Assembly (NCBI GenBank): GCA_019828565.1
Contig: JAHDYR010000035.1
Location: 62,001-126,000 of the forward strand
Direction: 5' to 3'
DNA length: 64,000 nt
Origin: Carpediemonas membranifera BICM
Lineage: Eukaryota; Protista; Fornicata
In this document: in pieces, positions 21,233 through 32,594 of the stretch
Layout of the letters: each line of letters starts with the position of its first letter
Numbering within the stretch: the first letter of the stretch is position 1
The notes under the pieces: generated by a model
Databases searched by the model: none
The model's input: only the letters and a program-made list of their open reading frames with translations
Told to the model about the DNA's origin: nothing
Program-made: the position numbers and the translations under genes

Positions 21233-21740
21233 TTAGTACTGGCCGGCAACCCAGTCAGAGACGAGAGGAGCCAGTTGCTCGATCCAATAGCCCTTCCTCT
21301 CGACTGTTGCCGGAGAGAAGTGCTCGGCCTGCTCCTCGAGGAAGGAGCGGTACTCGTCGGTGTCGTCCTCTTCCGGGTCTCTGGCTGCCAGGAACGCGGT
21401 GATGTAGCCCGCTACCGTTCTCTTGGACTCATCTCTTCGCATGTGTGCAAGGCTGGGGTGGTTGCGGACGCGCTCGAAAACGTCGGGAAGGCGAGGGCTA
21501 GCAGGCGAACTGTGCCGTTCGGGCGCTGCGTGTATTTGAGAGCAGCCTGGTCCTCGGCGGCGAGCTGACTGTGGTGTACCGAGAAGGTCAACTTGCAGGT
21601 TGCTCTGGACTTGAGGAGGCGGAGCTCTGGCGCGACTGTGTATGGTACGACGAGGAAAAGTGATGCCGGCCAGGCTCTTGGGGGGAACGTAGTCGGGGTC
21701 CCTGGGGTCGACATCAACAACAGGGGATGGCAACCGAGAA
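21233..21740 (-). pseudogene. Antisense DIRS fragment (MT C-terminus plus overlapping YR N-terminus) inside the LINE
   Basis: RKGYWIEQLAPLVSDW vs RKGYWICEAAPLVSDW (38227-39045); the other frame PRAWPASLFLVVP..GTVRLLAL vs PRHWRSAAIVLCP..GKIRFVAL. Confidence 0.85.
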
Positions 21741-22107
21741 CCAGAGCGATGATGGCAGTGACAGTGGCAACTCAACGGAGACCGATTAAGCAGGGTAAAG
21801 TGGTATTCTTTGAGAGTGATAGTGACAGTTGTGAGTTCTTTTCTTTTAATCCAACCCTGGCTCCCACCCAGGGTCCGGCATTAGCTGAAATGCACTGCCG
21901 GTGGGCTGTGGCGGCAGCCAAAGGGGGGGTCACGCCAATGCGCCCCCTCCTAAGTATCCCTGCCCGAAGGTAAGGATGGTCACCAGGGTAACCCATAGTT
22001 GGCCCGCCATGGGTAACCGGAGCCGGCACGAAGGCCCCGTGACGGGACAAGGGCAGATTGCAGGGAATTTCCGAAAATTCGCAGGATAGGAAAGACGGAG
22101 TACAAGA

Positions 22108-25100
22108 ATGGAAACGATCAAGATAGCGAGCCTGAACACTGAGGGACACATCGGGAAGGGAAAGGACTTCACGGCCTCAATGGCAACGGCTATAAGGATG
22201 AAACTGAGCGACACAGATGCAGTATGCATCCAAGAAACGTGGAGGACGGCGAATACGAGGGTACACAACTTCATAGACTTCGACTACGCAATGGCAGGGA
22301 AGGAAACAGAGGAGGAGCTAGCTATGGACAACGAGAGGAGGAAGAAAGAAGCCCAAAGCCAGCGCCGAATAGATGCCCAGCTGGGCATAGCAGGGAGCAG
22401 TAGCCGGACGCCCAGGACGAGGGGTACTAGAGAAGGAGTGGGCACAATCATCAACCCAAGAGCAAGAGGGAGCTGGGACGTAGGCATCACAGATAGCTTA
22501 TCAGGGAGGATACAGGTGAGCATACTCAGAACCCATAGGGACATCCTGGTGATCAACGTGTATGGCCCACCGGTCGGCCACGGAAGGGAGGAGAAGGACG
22601 AGTTCAGGGACGGAATAAGGAGCATTATGGAGATGAAAGGAGAGATGGAAACAATCATCATAGGGGACTGGAACCTCGACCCCAAAAGGATAGCCACAAT
22701 GGCAAGATGGAAGGACCTGATCAGGGACTATAAGCTGGGAGCAGTGATCCCCATGGAAGGTACCCTCACCAAGGGAACTACCACTCCGGACTTCGCGCTG
22801 GTATCATCAGGGATCAGAGGAGCAAGGATAGAAGTACTGGATGCTAGTCGACTCGGAGTCTGGGGGTCAGCCCACAACATGATAAGACTGGAATGGAGGG
22901 AACAACGGATCCAACGGACTACAAAGAGAGAGGAAGTCCTAGACATACCGGGCGTCAGAGTGTGGAACATGAGGAAGAAGGCTGAACGCACATCAGTCAG
23001 AAGACTGCACCGTTTTAAGAGCCTGGATGAGTGGGAGGAGGATATCAGGAAGGATATGGGCGAGCCGTCAGGTCACCCAGGCAGTGGAGACAGGGAAGAG
23101 GTCATCAAAGAAAAGGTGTGGTCGGAGCTCCGGCACACACCATGGACAGAAGAGGGAAACAAGACCAGAAGTGAGATCATGAAGCGTGAGCTACAGGCCT
23201 TCTGGGGAAAACGCAGGGAAGAGTGGATCCAGGACCTCAGCCGGAGCGCGAAGGAAGGATACAAAGCATCCAGGTCCATGGTGGAAGCAGCGGTAAGAAG
23301 ATGGTGGTGTGAAAACCAGTTCAAGGGCATGCCAGAGAGCATACTGAAGGACGGGAAGATTACCACCAACAAGGAAGAAATAGGTAAGATCCTCCTACAA
23401 CAGTATGCAGGAGTGAGCAGGGGCAGGGAACCGGAGTGGAAGGATAGAGGCAATGGAAAGAGGGAGGACGAATTTAAGGAGAGAGAAATACGAGAAGCGA
23501 TCAGAAGGACAAAGAGGGACACTGCACCGGGACCGGACCACACTACAGGGGACATGCTCAGGGACACAGATGACCAGGGGATCGCTCAGATAACTAGGCT
23601 CATGAACAGGGTATACAGGGAGGGCAAGATCCCGACAACATGGAAGTATGCTACAGTCTCGGCCATCCACAAGACAGGGAAGCCCAGAGTGAAGCCGGAG
23701 TCGTACAGACCCATCTCGCTAACACCACTACTGTATAGGGTGTATGGTAGGCTCCTGAAGAGAAGATTAGAAGCAGCCACATGGCACCTCATCCCAAGAG
23801 AGCAAGCAGGGTTCCAATCGGATAAGGACGTAATACAACAGATACAATACATCGTGCAGAGACACCAGGAAGGGGGGGAGACCACGTCGATCTTCCTAGA
23901 CATAGAGAAAGCCTATGACACCGTCCCGAGGGACATCCTCATGGATAAGCTGCAGGGAATGGGGGTCGAAGACCACCTCATCAGGGCAATACAGAGTACA
24001 CTAGAAGAGACATGGATCTCGGTGAAGGGGGCAGGGTCATGGGAGAGAACAAACAGGGGAGTGAAGCAAGGATGTGTCCTAGCGCCGACCCTGTTCGTTT
24101 TGTTCATGGCAAACTGGCCTCACCTGGTCAGGAAGAAGCATCAGGGACAAGAGTACGATATCAGGGAACCACCAACGGAGTTACCAAGAGCCCGGGACAC
24201 GCTGCCGGCCACCCTAACCATGTTCGTGGACGATACAGCGGTCACAGGGGAGACACCGGAAAAGAGCAAGATAGTGGCGAACCTAGTCATAGAAGTTATC
24301 AAGGAGCACCTCATGAGGGCAAATGCACAAAAGAGTGAGATGATCAGTGTAGACAGGGCAGCAGTGGCGAGAGTGGGGGAGTTACCCTAATGGCAAAAGA
24401 GGAAGCTAAGTACCTAGGTCTCTGGATAGCCAGCGGAAAAGACCCACTGGCAGCCTGTATCAGAAAGAAGCGGGAGCAGAGCGAAAGGTACAAGAAGCTA
24501 GTGAGAAGAGTGGGATGGACCAGAGGCAACATGCCGGCGCTAGCCAGCAGGCTCCTCCTCGAAGTTTACATATGGCCGAGGATAATGTTTGGAGTGGAGG
24601 TGTGGGGCTACGCAGCAGGGGGGAACAAGATATGGACGGATTGGCAGGGCATCATGGCCGGAACAGGCCCAGGTGGGGGCTCGGTCATGCGCATCTTGAA
24701 CGGATGGATGGACCTGCAAGCCCACCTGGAGATGCTAGCAGTCAAGAGGATCGTGACAAGCAGGGGCCAGGATATACCAATCAGAGACAGGGTCTGGAAG
24801 GAGGGATCGATTATGTGGAAAGCCAGGGACTCAGTGAACGCACTCCTCAGAGGAACAAGAGAGGGAGCAACGAATGCAGGGAAGATAGACTTTGGTAGGG
24901 AGATGGTAAGAATGAACTGGACCAGGAGGTGCAAGAGCAAGACAGCGGTGGGGCTCATGGAAGTCCTAGGACCCAAACGTATGGGAAAGTGCATGGCGGG
25001 GAAACCGGCCATAAGTAGGAAGACAGGGAAGTGGCAGTCAAGGGCAGAGTGGAAAAGGATAGTGTCGGTGGCAGCGAATGTCAGCCCGTCTCCATCATCA

Positions 25101-25557
25101 GCGGAAAGGGGAGAAGGCCCAGAGCGAGCGCTGGCGGACCTGGCGATGGGTGAGGAACTCAAACACAAGATACAAAGGAGGTGCCCCCTGTGCACAAAGG
25201 AGAGCGAGATAGAGTTACTGTGGCAAATAGCGAGAGAGCAGCCAAACCAAGCCAGGAAGCAGGCACTAATCAGGGGAGTGGGTAAGGGGTCAGCCGCTGG
25301 GATCGGCGGCCCACATTATGTGTGAGTGCCCAGAGGTTGAAAGAGGAGATGACTGGGAAAAGATATGGAAGACAGCTAAGGAGAGGACCAGGGAATTGCA
25401 AGTCAGAAGAGGCCCGAATGGGAGGTGGTATGAGAAGAGGCCAATCTTAGAGGTGCAACAACTAGTGTTAACAGGGTCGGAAGAGATATGGGAAGGACTG
25501 CGAGCTGGGCTGAGAGCCCTGGCAAAGGTCTATGATAGCTATAGAATAGATGGATAG
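22108..25557 (+). CDS. LINE ORF2: AP endonuclease, reverse transcriptase, CCHC (homopolymer frameshifts near 24378 and 25275)
   Basis: SLN, IQET, NVYGP, GDWN (APE); PGPD, YRPISL, QAGF, DIEKAYD, GVKQG, FVDD, YLG (RT); CPLC..HIMCEC; copy 2 is open across both breaks. Confidence 0.95.
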
Positions 25558-26331
25558 ATAAGGAACACCACATCCAGAAAGGGGGCAGGGAAGCATAGAC
25601 TCTGGGATCAAGGGGAGACCCCCCATGTTTCCCAGGGAGAGGGCAGGGCCAGGGACAGAGGAAATCCATCAATTGGATGGTTGCACCACTCGCGGTGAAC
25701 CTAAGGAAACTGCAGGGACTGAGCATGGGATACGGGGGGACATGACGTCCCCGCCGCCCTTGTGAACGATAGAGGGACGCTGGGAAGTGTAGCACAAGAG
25801 AACTATCATAAGGGGTACTAGGCCTTGCAGATCTAGAGTCTGTGTTAGCCCTAACCCACGCCGCCTAACAGGGGGTAGATGAGAGGGACTTAGTTGCTTT
25901 CCCCGCCCACGGGTAGGCCACTTAACAGGGTCGTGGGGGCACTGAACAGGGAATCTGGAAAGAGGAGAGGGTGCCATGCTTGAACGACCCCGTAGGGACT
26001 GCAGGGAATCAGGGAGTGCTATAGAGAAGGTCTTGCAGGACAAACCTGCCTGTGGAAGCACCGAGGACAGACCCCCAGGCTCCCTGGAAGCTGCCGGGTT
26101 TACAGGGAGACAGGAAAGCGCTCAGCGCACGGAGATGGCGAAGGCCTATGGGGGGAAGTGAAATCGGGAGTGAGCGGAAGCAGTAGCACCGAATCGCTCG
26201 TTGGACGCAGCTGACAAGTTCAATCGCAGGGAGGAGGCAGCGCCCCGGGGAACTCGGCTCCAGTAATAAGGGAGATCAGCCTAAGTAACCGGGGCCCGAT
26301 ACCAGGCACCATAAATTTTCTTTCTTTCTTT

Positions 26332-26350
26332 CTCTAGGGGCCTCCACAGT
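26332..26350 (+). repeat. Right target-site duplication of the LINE
   Basis: Identical to 18073-18091. Confidence 0.95.
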
Positions 26351-26771
26351 GCGTCCCGAGGTACGTTATAGCACCACAGACCTTCCCCCAAAAGCTGACT
26401 CCTGGACCCCTTGGCCGGAGCTCGCCGAAACGTGAAAATCGGCGATGATTTCTCCGTATAACTTCATAGGGGGTTATATGGGGCTCGTTTTAGCCGCAGA
26501 TAACGTCTCTTGGCCATATTAAATTTGTGAAAGGCCCCGGCTCGCTGGCCGGACGATTTAATCAGCATCGGCGAGAATGGACGTGTGGGTAGGGCTAGGG
26601 GTGTGATGACGGCTGGTGGTAGTCACGGTGTGAGTGCTTACAAGCCGCAGGCGATATACATAAACTTTTAGTAACCATTTAACGTCTCTTGGCGATATAC
26701 GATGCTAGACTTGTTCACTTGGCTGGAAGAAGCCACTGAGTTCGATAAGAAGGAGCTAATGACCAAGATCA

Positions 26772-28421
26772 ATGCAGCTGCAAGCGCTAAAGGCAAATGC
26801 GACGTCCTTCGCGCGCTTTTTGCTGCCTAGGCGCGATTTACTCGCTACTGTGATCAAGGAACGTACGTTACTGAGCGAAATTGTTTACACAGGTGTTAAT
26901 CTCAAGCGTATTGCCACGTTCTTCCGCCTCACGCGCCAGGAGACGGAAGATATGAAGAAGGACCTTAAGGCGCAGTTTATGGCGACGATGAAATTGAATG
27001 AGGGTGAAAGGGTCACAGGGGAACACAAGAAAACACTGAAGCAGGTCCTCGGCGGGGATACCTTCACGCACCTGTACGACGGCGAGGTGGAGAGCGCGCG
27101 TATTCGGGTGAAGAAGAGCATTCGTGAGGCTAGAATGAAGACAAACGCTAGGCTTGAGTGTGAACTCGCGAAGGAGGAGGACGAGGACATCAGGGATTGT
27201 ACTCGGGTTCAGATGATGAAGCTGGCCGATGAGGAAGACCGAAAGGAGTTGGAAAAGGAGATGGAATACACGCGCGAGTCCAAGTATGACGTGGTATGGG
27301 AGCGAGTGTACGATGAGATCTGCGGTACTCGTCGTGTGCGGGCCCGCAGGGATAACGCCCCCTGTCCCGGCGAGGATCACGCCGACCACGTGCTTCAGCG
27401 CTATCTCTGGGCCGACCAGATCGATACTCAGGCGCTTACTGGCGAGAAGACGTTGACCACGAGACTCCCTGCTGAAGCTCGAGTCGTACGTCGCGTGACA
27501 GCCAGTCTGATCTCTGCTCAGAAGACGGAGATCCAATCTCTCAAGGAGCAGGTCGAGCGGCTGAAGAAGCAGGTGACTGACGAGAGAAGAGACCATTTTC
27601 TTGAGTGCAGGCGTATCCATCATGAGCATGACGTTGGGTACCTTGCTTCCTGCGATGTTTCGTTCGCCGCCAGCCCCATGCCGCCACAGTCTGGCACGCT
27701 CTCCAGGACTTCCTGCCCCCGACGCGCTACGAACGAGCCCGAGGCCTCCATGTCTGTGAAGCGCAAGGCCCTCTTCATCACGCCCGAGAAGGCCAGGCCT
27801 GAGGACTCAGAGGAGGAGACAGAGGAGGAGCAGGAGGAGGCGAAGGAGAAGAGGGGTGAGGCAGAAGAGGAGACGGTGAACACATGCGACGCCTGCATCC
27901 AGACTGAGCCGGAGACTCAGACTCGCATCACCTCTGAGGCCGCGGTGCAGACGTGCATCAACGTGGAGGCTCTCACGACTAACTGTACCGCGATTCATGT
28001 CAAGAGTGACGGCAACTGCGTTGCATATTGTCTCCAAGCCATTGAGTTGGGTGGCCGAGTTGATGGCGACTTCGAAAAGTGGCAGCGTGGCCTCTGCCAG
28101 TCAGTGAAGGCCAAGTACTGGTCTAAGAAGAATGTCACGGAGCGTAGCCTGACAGATCCGGACTCCGGCTACTATAACTCGAACGCCATCCGAGTCTGGG
28201 CGAGGAAGCAGAAGCGGAACATCCTTGTTGTCCAGTCATACGACGGATACAACGGCATGCAAGGCATCTCCGCCATCTTATACCTGTTTGATGGCACCAC
28301 CATGCTTGCACCCGATGCAGACTTGTGGGGGTTGACAGATAATTTCGCTATTGTCATCGAAGGCGATCCGGCTCACGCCACGCTGTACCAGAAGAAGTGC
28401 GAGGTCGTTGAGATTGAATAA
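26772..28421 (+). CDS. Coiled-coil protein with C-terminal OTU-like cysteine protease domain
   Basis: IHVKSDGNCVAYCL (DGxC Cys loop) and IVIEGDPAHATLY (His loop). Confidence 0.7.
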   Translation: MQLQALKANATSFARFLLPRRDLLATVIKERTLLSEIVYTGVNLKRIATFFRLTRQETEDMKKDLKAQFMATMKLNEGERVTGEHKKTLKQVLGGDTFTHLYDGEVESARIRVKKSIREARMKTNARLECELAKEEDEDIRDCTRVQMMKLADEEDRKELEKEMEYTRESKYDVVWERVYDEICGTRRVRARRDNAPCPGEDHADHVLQRYLWADQIDTQALTGEKTLTTRLPAEARVVRRVTASLISAQKTEIQSLKEQVERLKKQVTDERRDHFLECRRIHHEHDVGYLASCDVSFAASPMPPQSGTLSRTSCPRRATNEPEASMSVKRKALFITPEKARPEDSEEETEEEQEEAKEKRGEAEEETVNTCDACIQTEPETQTRITSEAAVQTCINVEALTTNCTAIHVKSDGNCVAYCLQAIELGGRVDGDFEKWQRGLCQSVKAKYWSKKNVTERSLTDPDSGYYNSNAIRVWARKQKRNILVVQSYDGYNGMQGISAILYLFDGTTMLAPDADLWGLTDNFAIVIEGDPAHATLYQKKCEVVEIE

Positions 28422-28556
28422 AGATTTGGATATGCCTTTGTAGTGCGTTCGACTGTGTACGTTTAGGAGAAGGCTGAGACGGAGAAGAAGGAGGACAAGG
28501 AGGTGGAGACAGAGGAGAAGAAGGGTAAGTAGGCAGACGAGGAGGAGCCTGACACG

Positions 28557-29182
28557 GTGGTGCGTGGGCCGGAAGATGACGACAATATGTCAGTCGTGTC
28601 GATCAGTGACAACGAGCATGAGCCTGAGCTGGTCTTCGACGTACAAACCGCGATCGACAGGATCCTGACCTGCCCTGCCAAGGAGATTCACCGTGACGGA
28701 GCCTGCATCGCTCATTCGCTCAACGACATTAAGCACGGCCAAGTACTGGGTAAGAATCGAATCAAACATTTCAAAAAAATCATCTGAGAGAACACGCCGA
28801 GGAATCCATGGCCAAAAAGGCCGAGGGCCAGGTCAGGGGCACATGGTGGGACCCTTCCGAGCTGTTCAACGGCCAGGGCTGGCTGACAGGCACTGCTATC
28901 TCGGCTTGGACGCATCTCGAGAAGGAGAAGGTCATGGTCCTGCAGCGCAGAGAAGAGGAAGATGGTCGCATAGTCAACTCAGCGACTGTTTACGACAACG
29001 GAAGGGTCTACCCTCAGGATTTCAGAAGTCTGACTCAACTCAGTGATGCCATCAGGGAGACGGGCCACGAGAAGGTCATTGTCATTACGGGTAATCATGC
29101 CACGGTGTATCTCGTGGCGGAGCTTCTGTCAGATGGCACTGGTGAAGAGAGTGTGCCGAAGACAAGGAAGGGGAGGAAGTAA
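28557..29182 (+). CDS. Second OTU-like domain protein (frameshift in the A-run near 28775)
   Basis: EIHRDGACIAHSL..GWLTGTAI..VITGNHATVY; stop in AGTAAA. Confidence 0.6.
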
Positions 29183-29272
29183 ATGGTTTGATGTGTTCGG
29201 CTGTCTTTCATCTGTGAAATGAGAACAGGCGTGAGTGTCATGGACACAGATGGCCCGGACAGCGTTGCCTCC

Positions 29273-29872
29273 GTCTTGGCATTTGTTGAGGACAACACAG
29301 CTGTAAACGACAATAAGATGAAACAGAAGTAGCAAGCAATGTTTAATAACGTATGAACAGTCCTTTTGATGTTGTTTAGTGATTTTTGTGCATTAACGAC
29401 CGAGAACAGTGGAGTGCAACGCAGATGTTGGTTATTGATGGTAGATGGCGCGCTTTTGACGACAGCTGGTTGCTTTTGCAGTATAAAGAACCGCATAGCT
29501 GCCACTAGTTCCTTCCAATAATGCTTTCCCGCCATTTTGAGGTTGGAATGAAATTCCAAGCACCGTGCACTTTATGTAATTGCCCAATATCAACGCCACC
29601 CCCGCCCCCAGCGCCTCCACGCCCCACGCCAACGCCACCTCCGCCCCCCTGGCGCTCAGTTCAGGAGATGTCCGGTCGATAAGCCATAAACTGCACGGAT
29701 CCACAAACGTGGATTGGCCTGAACGACAGCGCTGAGGCCCAAACAGGTGGTGAGACATTAAAAAGACTCATTTGCAATCCATTTACTCAGTCCTCACCCT
29801 CTTACCACTTGTCTCGATCTCTGAATCATCCTCTATTGTGTTGTCCGCATGCTTCTGCTTTTCGGGCGACTC
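29273..29872 (-). repeat. Dispersed repeat, copy C (inverted), including the 3' end of the 13592-13981 ORF
   Basis: Reverse complement of about 13890-14400 extended with the copy-A 3' end; ~36-bp insertion near 29610-29645. Confidence 0.95.
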
Positions 29873-30029
29873 TACATGAGTCACCCTTGCAGTGGACGTG
29901 GTTGTGGAGCACCCCCAGTGTCTCCACGTCCGCCACCAGCGCCAGATCCGCCACCATGCCCTACATCAGCACATTTGTGTATTTACTTTGTAAATTACTT
30001 TGTAAATTTGTCCTATTGCTATTGAAGCA

Positions 30030-32594
30030 ATGCGTTTCGAGAACTGGGAAGTCGTCATCACCTATGGGGCGGACAGTTCTCTTGGATCTATCATCACCGC
30101 TGTCTTAGACGAGTTTCTGCTCCGAAACCGCGACAAATCGTTTCGTTTAGACAGCAAGGAGCAGTGCTTGCGCATTCTCCGAGATTTCCTGACGTCATGT
30201 CCACTGAGGGTGACACATAGTGATGCTACGTTACGTAGTGCAGTCGTTAATGCTGATTGGAGCGCATTGATGAGGAATCACAGCACTGCTCATGTGACTG
30301 TTACGCGAGTCGACAACGAGGCGAAGACGAAGAGCCTATACACGGCCATGGCAATTATCTGTGCCGTCGAGTTAGGGAAGAATCGCTACGACCGACTCCG
30401 CCATGCATTTGTTTCAATGGCCTCCGACATGGGAGTTCGCCTTGGAATTCACACTCCACCGGTGGTAGACAGTCTCCAGAATCTTGGGTATGACCTGCTG
30501 TCCATCCCAGCCATACGATCTGTTATATCAGACCCAACACTGATCGAGGACGTCAACGCGTTCACTCCTGAGCAGCCCGATGTCTCTGGGCGTGATGGGG
30601 TGTCTAACCAAGAGCTTCAATGTCAAGCAGGAGCCGGTTTCACGCGTAGCGTGGAAGTCGCGGAGGCTTTTTACGTCCTATATGACCCAACCACCCACAC
30701 CGACCTGCAAGAGACTCTCGATGAACACGACTGCCTCTTCGCTCACCACTTCGAGAAGATATCGGGGGAGTCACGGCTATACATTTCGCATGATGATCCA
30801 TCCAAGCTGCCGGAGATTCAGAGATTATGCCGGAACATGGGCATCATTCCGCGTGGAACAAAGAAATCTCACCGGATGGTGATCAGCGCTCTGTCCTATG
30901 ACCCTGTCGCCCAGATTAAGTTCATGCTGAAGTTCCCCGACCGAGTTCAGCGCGATATCAAGTCAAGCAAGTTCGTTCAATCCGTCACTATTAACCCGGA
31001 GAGCCGACAGGAGGCTTATGGTCTTGAGATGCTCCTATGGTTTGATGGATATCGGGCCGACTGTACGGCGGTCAAATATCGCATAATTGATCGCGAGGGA
31101 GCAGCCCTACCACAGAAGATTACCCCACCCATGACGCTTCTTACATTTCAGGGCACAGAGAAGCTCATTCCTTCGTTCTTTGATGATGTACAGCGGCTAA
31201 TGAACAAGCTCATTGGTATCCCCTTCGCATGTGGTGACAGTTCGTTGCTCCCACGCAGCCGTGTTGTCATCAGCCTGCTCGGGATCTGCGGCGATCACAA
31301 AGCGTTGCAGATTGTTAGTGGCGTCAAGCGGGGACGATACTACCGCTCTCCATTCTCCTCCCTACACATGGGAAAGGTCGCAAGCGACCCGTTTGCCAAT
31401 CGTTGCGATCGCTGGACAATCGCAGATAGCATCCGTCTTCGTGACGCTGGTGGCGTGAAAGACATGACACGGTTTGGGTCCCGCGATGGTCACCGAGATG
31501 TCTGCTGTCTGACCTATGCCAACGAGATAGATGGCCCACTTCACGTGCTCACAAAGTACGCTGATGTCACGTTCATTCCACCTGTCATGCATGTGAGTCA
31601 CTATCTTATGAAGGACTTCTGGACGCTGCTTGGCCTTGTCAAGGTTCAACACGCTGGTCAGAACGTGCACACACTTGAGCAGATTGAAAAGCTGTTCACG
31701 CGGACAACTGGCTGCAACGAGCAGAGCTGGAACAGACGAAAGCTCGCGACACTAGTCAACGAGCACCTTGAGGAGTTTGACCAGTCACTCCAGCCCTTCA
31801 TACTCCTTACAGCCAAGTTACAGGCGTTGTATTACTCCTCTGACCACGTGACACACCAGACAATCGCTTTCCATCACGCGGCGTCCTTTTCTACGTTCAT
31901 CATGTTCCATGTCTTGACGTTGTTCTATGACCTTCCATCGAGTCGCTCCTCGGTTGCTACGACGCTCAATGATGGTCTCAGACTGACTTACTCTCCCAAG
32001 TTTACCGGCTCGCTATATCTGAATGCAGTGGTGTCAGTTCTGCCCAAGGTTCACTCGAAACTGCGGCTTCCGATGTTCTATTTGCTTGAGGAGTACTTCG
32101 AACGTGATTTCCTCATCAATGCCCAGTTGCGAGTGGACAAGCATCGATCTTGGGTTCTCGGCTTCCTGGCTCAGAAGACAATGGTCGGTCGTGTCCTTGC
32201 TCACTACACCCGCCGTGGCTCATCGAGAAAGCATGGTATGGTGTTGCCGATTGCAAGGCAGTGTAAGTCTGTCACATTCTGCTCGTGTCTATTTGATGCC
32301 GACCGGTGTGCCGCCTGGAGAAATCGTCTATTAACTAAGGTACCCAACTGGGATAGGGAGGCGAGCCAACAGTCGCTGAATGCGCTGTTTAGTGGATGGG
32401 TCAAGGGTATCTGTGAGGAGCCGGAGGAGATCCGGGAACTCATCACTGTTGACGAGACAGCCAAGACGATTTGTGTAAGGACGGCGGACAGTGGTCTGGA
32501 TGAGACTCTCTGCATCTGCAATCTGTGCAACAGTGAGCAGCGAGCGGAGGAGCTGATGAGGAGGACTGGGCACAATCTTCGCCCGAGAAGATAG
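30030..32594 (+). CDS. Divergent Chapaev/Transib (RAG1-core-like) DDE transposase
   Basis: Motif order LLWFDG - ICGDHKALQIVSG - FIPPVMH..LMKDF - SLYL..LEEYFERDF; uninterrupted 854-aa ORF near a TIR. Confidence 0.6.
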   Translation: MRFENWEVVITYGADSSLGSIITAVLDEFLLRNRDKSFRLDSKEQCLRILRDFLTSCPLRVTHSDATLRSAVVNADWSALMRNHSTAHVTVTRVDNEAKTKSLYTAMAIICAVELGKNRYDRLRHAFVSMASDMGVRLGIHTPPVVDSLQNLGYDLLSIPAIRSVISDPTLIEDVNAFTPEQPDVSGRDGVSNQELQCQAGAGFTRSVEVAEAFYVLYDPTTHTDLQETLDEHDCLFAHHFEKISGESRLYISHDDPSKLPEIQRLCRNMGIIPRGTKKSHRMVISALSYDPVAQIKFMLKFPDRVQRDIKSSKFVQSVTINPESRQEAYGLEMLLWFDGYRADCTAVKYRIIDREGAALPQKITPPMTLLTFQGTEKLIPSFFDDVQRLMNKLIGIPFACGDSSLLPRSRVVISLLGICGDHKALQIVSGVKRGRYYRSPFSSLHMGKVASDPFANRCDRWTIADSIRLRDAGGVKDMTRFGSRDGHRDVCCLTYANEIDGPLHVLTKYADVTFIPPVMHVSHYLMKDFWTLLGLVKVQHAGQNVHTLEQIEKLFTRTTGCNEQSWNRRKLATLVNEHLEEFDQSLQPFILLTAKLQALYYSSDHVTHQTIAFHHAASFSTFIMFHVLTLFYDLPSSRSSVATTLNDGLRLTYSPKFTGSLYLNAVVSVLPKVHSKLRLPMFYLLEEYFERDFLINAQLRVDKHRSWVLGFLAQKTMVGRVLAHYTRRGSSRKHGMVLPIARQCKSVTFCSCLFDADRCAAWRNRLLTKVPNWDREASQQSLNALFSGWVKGICEEPEEIRELITVDETAKTICVRTADSGLDETLCICNLCNSEQRAEELMRRTGHNLRPRR

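Larger units (their letters stand above)
18092..26331 (+). mobile_element. Full-length APE-type non-LTR retrotransposon (8.24 kb)
   Basis: 19-bp TSD; (TTTC)n tail at about 26316-26331; ORF1 plus APE-RT ORF2; second copy at 59891 onward. Confidence 0.95.

Noticed and set aside
22108-25557. Programmed frameshifts or pseudogenisation in LINE, Gypsy and DIRS ORFs
   Set aside because: Breaks fall mostly in homopolymers and differ between the two LINE copies (G5 at 24375 vs C6 at 61834), consistent with long-read indel errors
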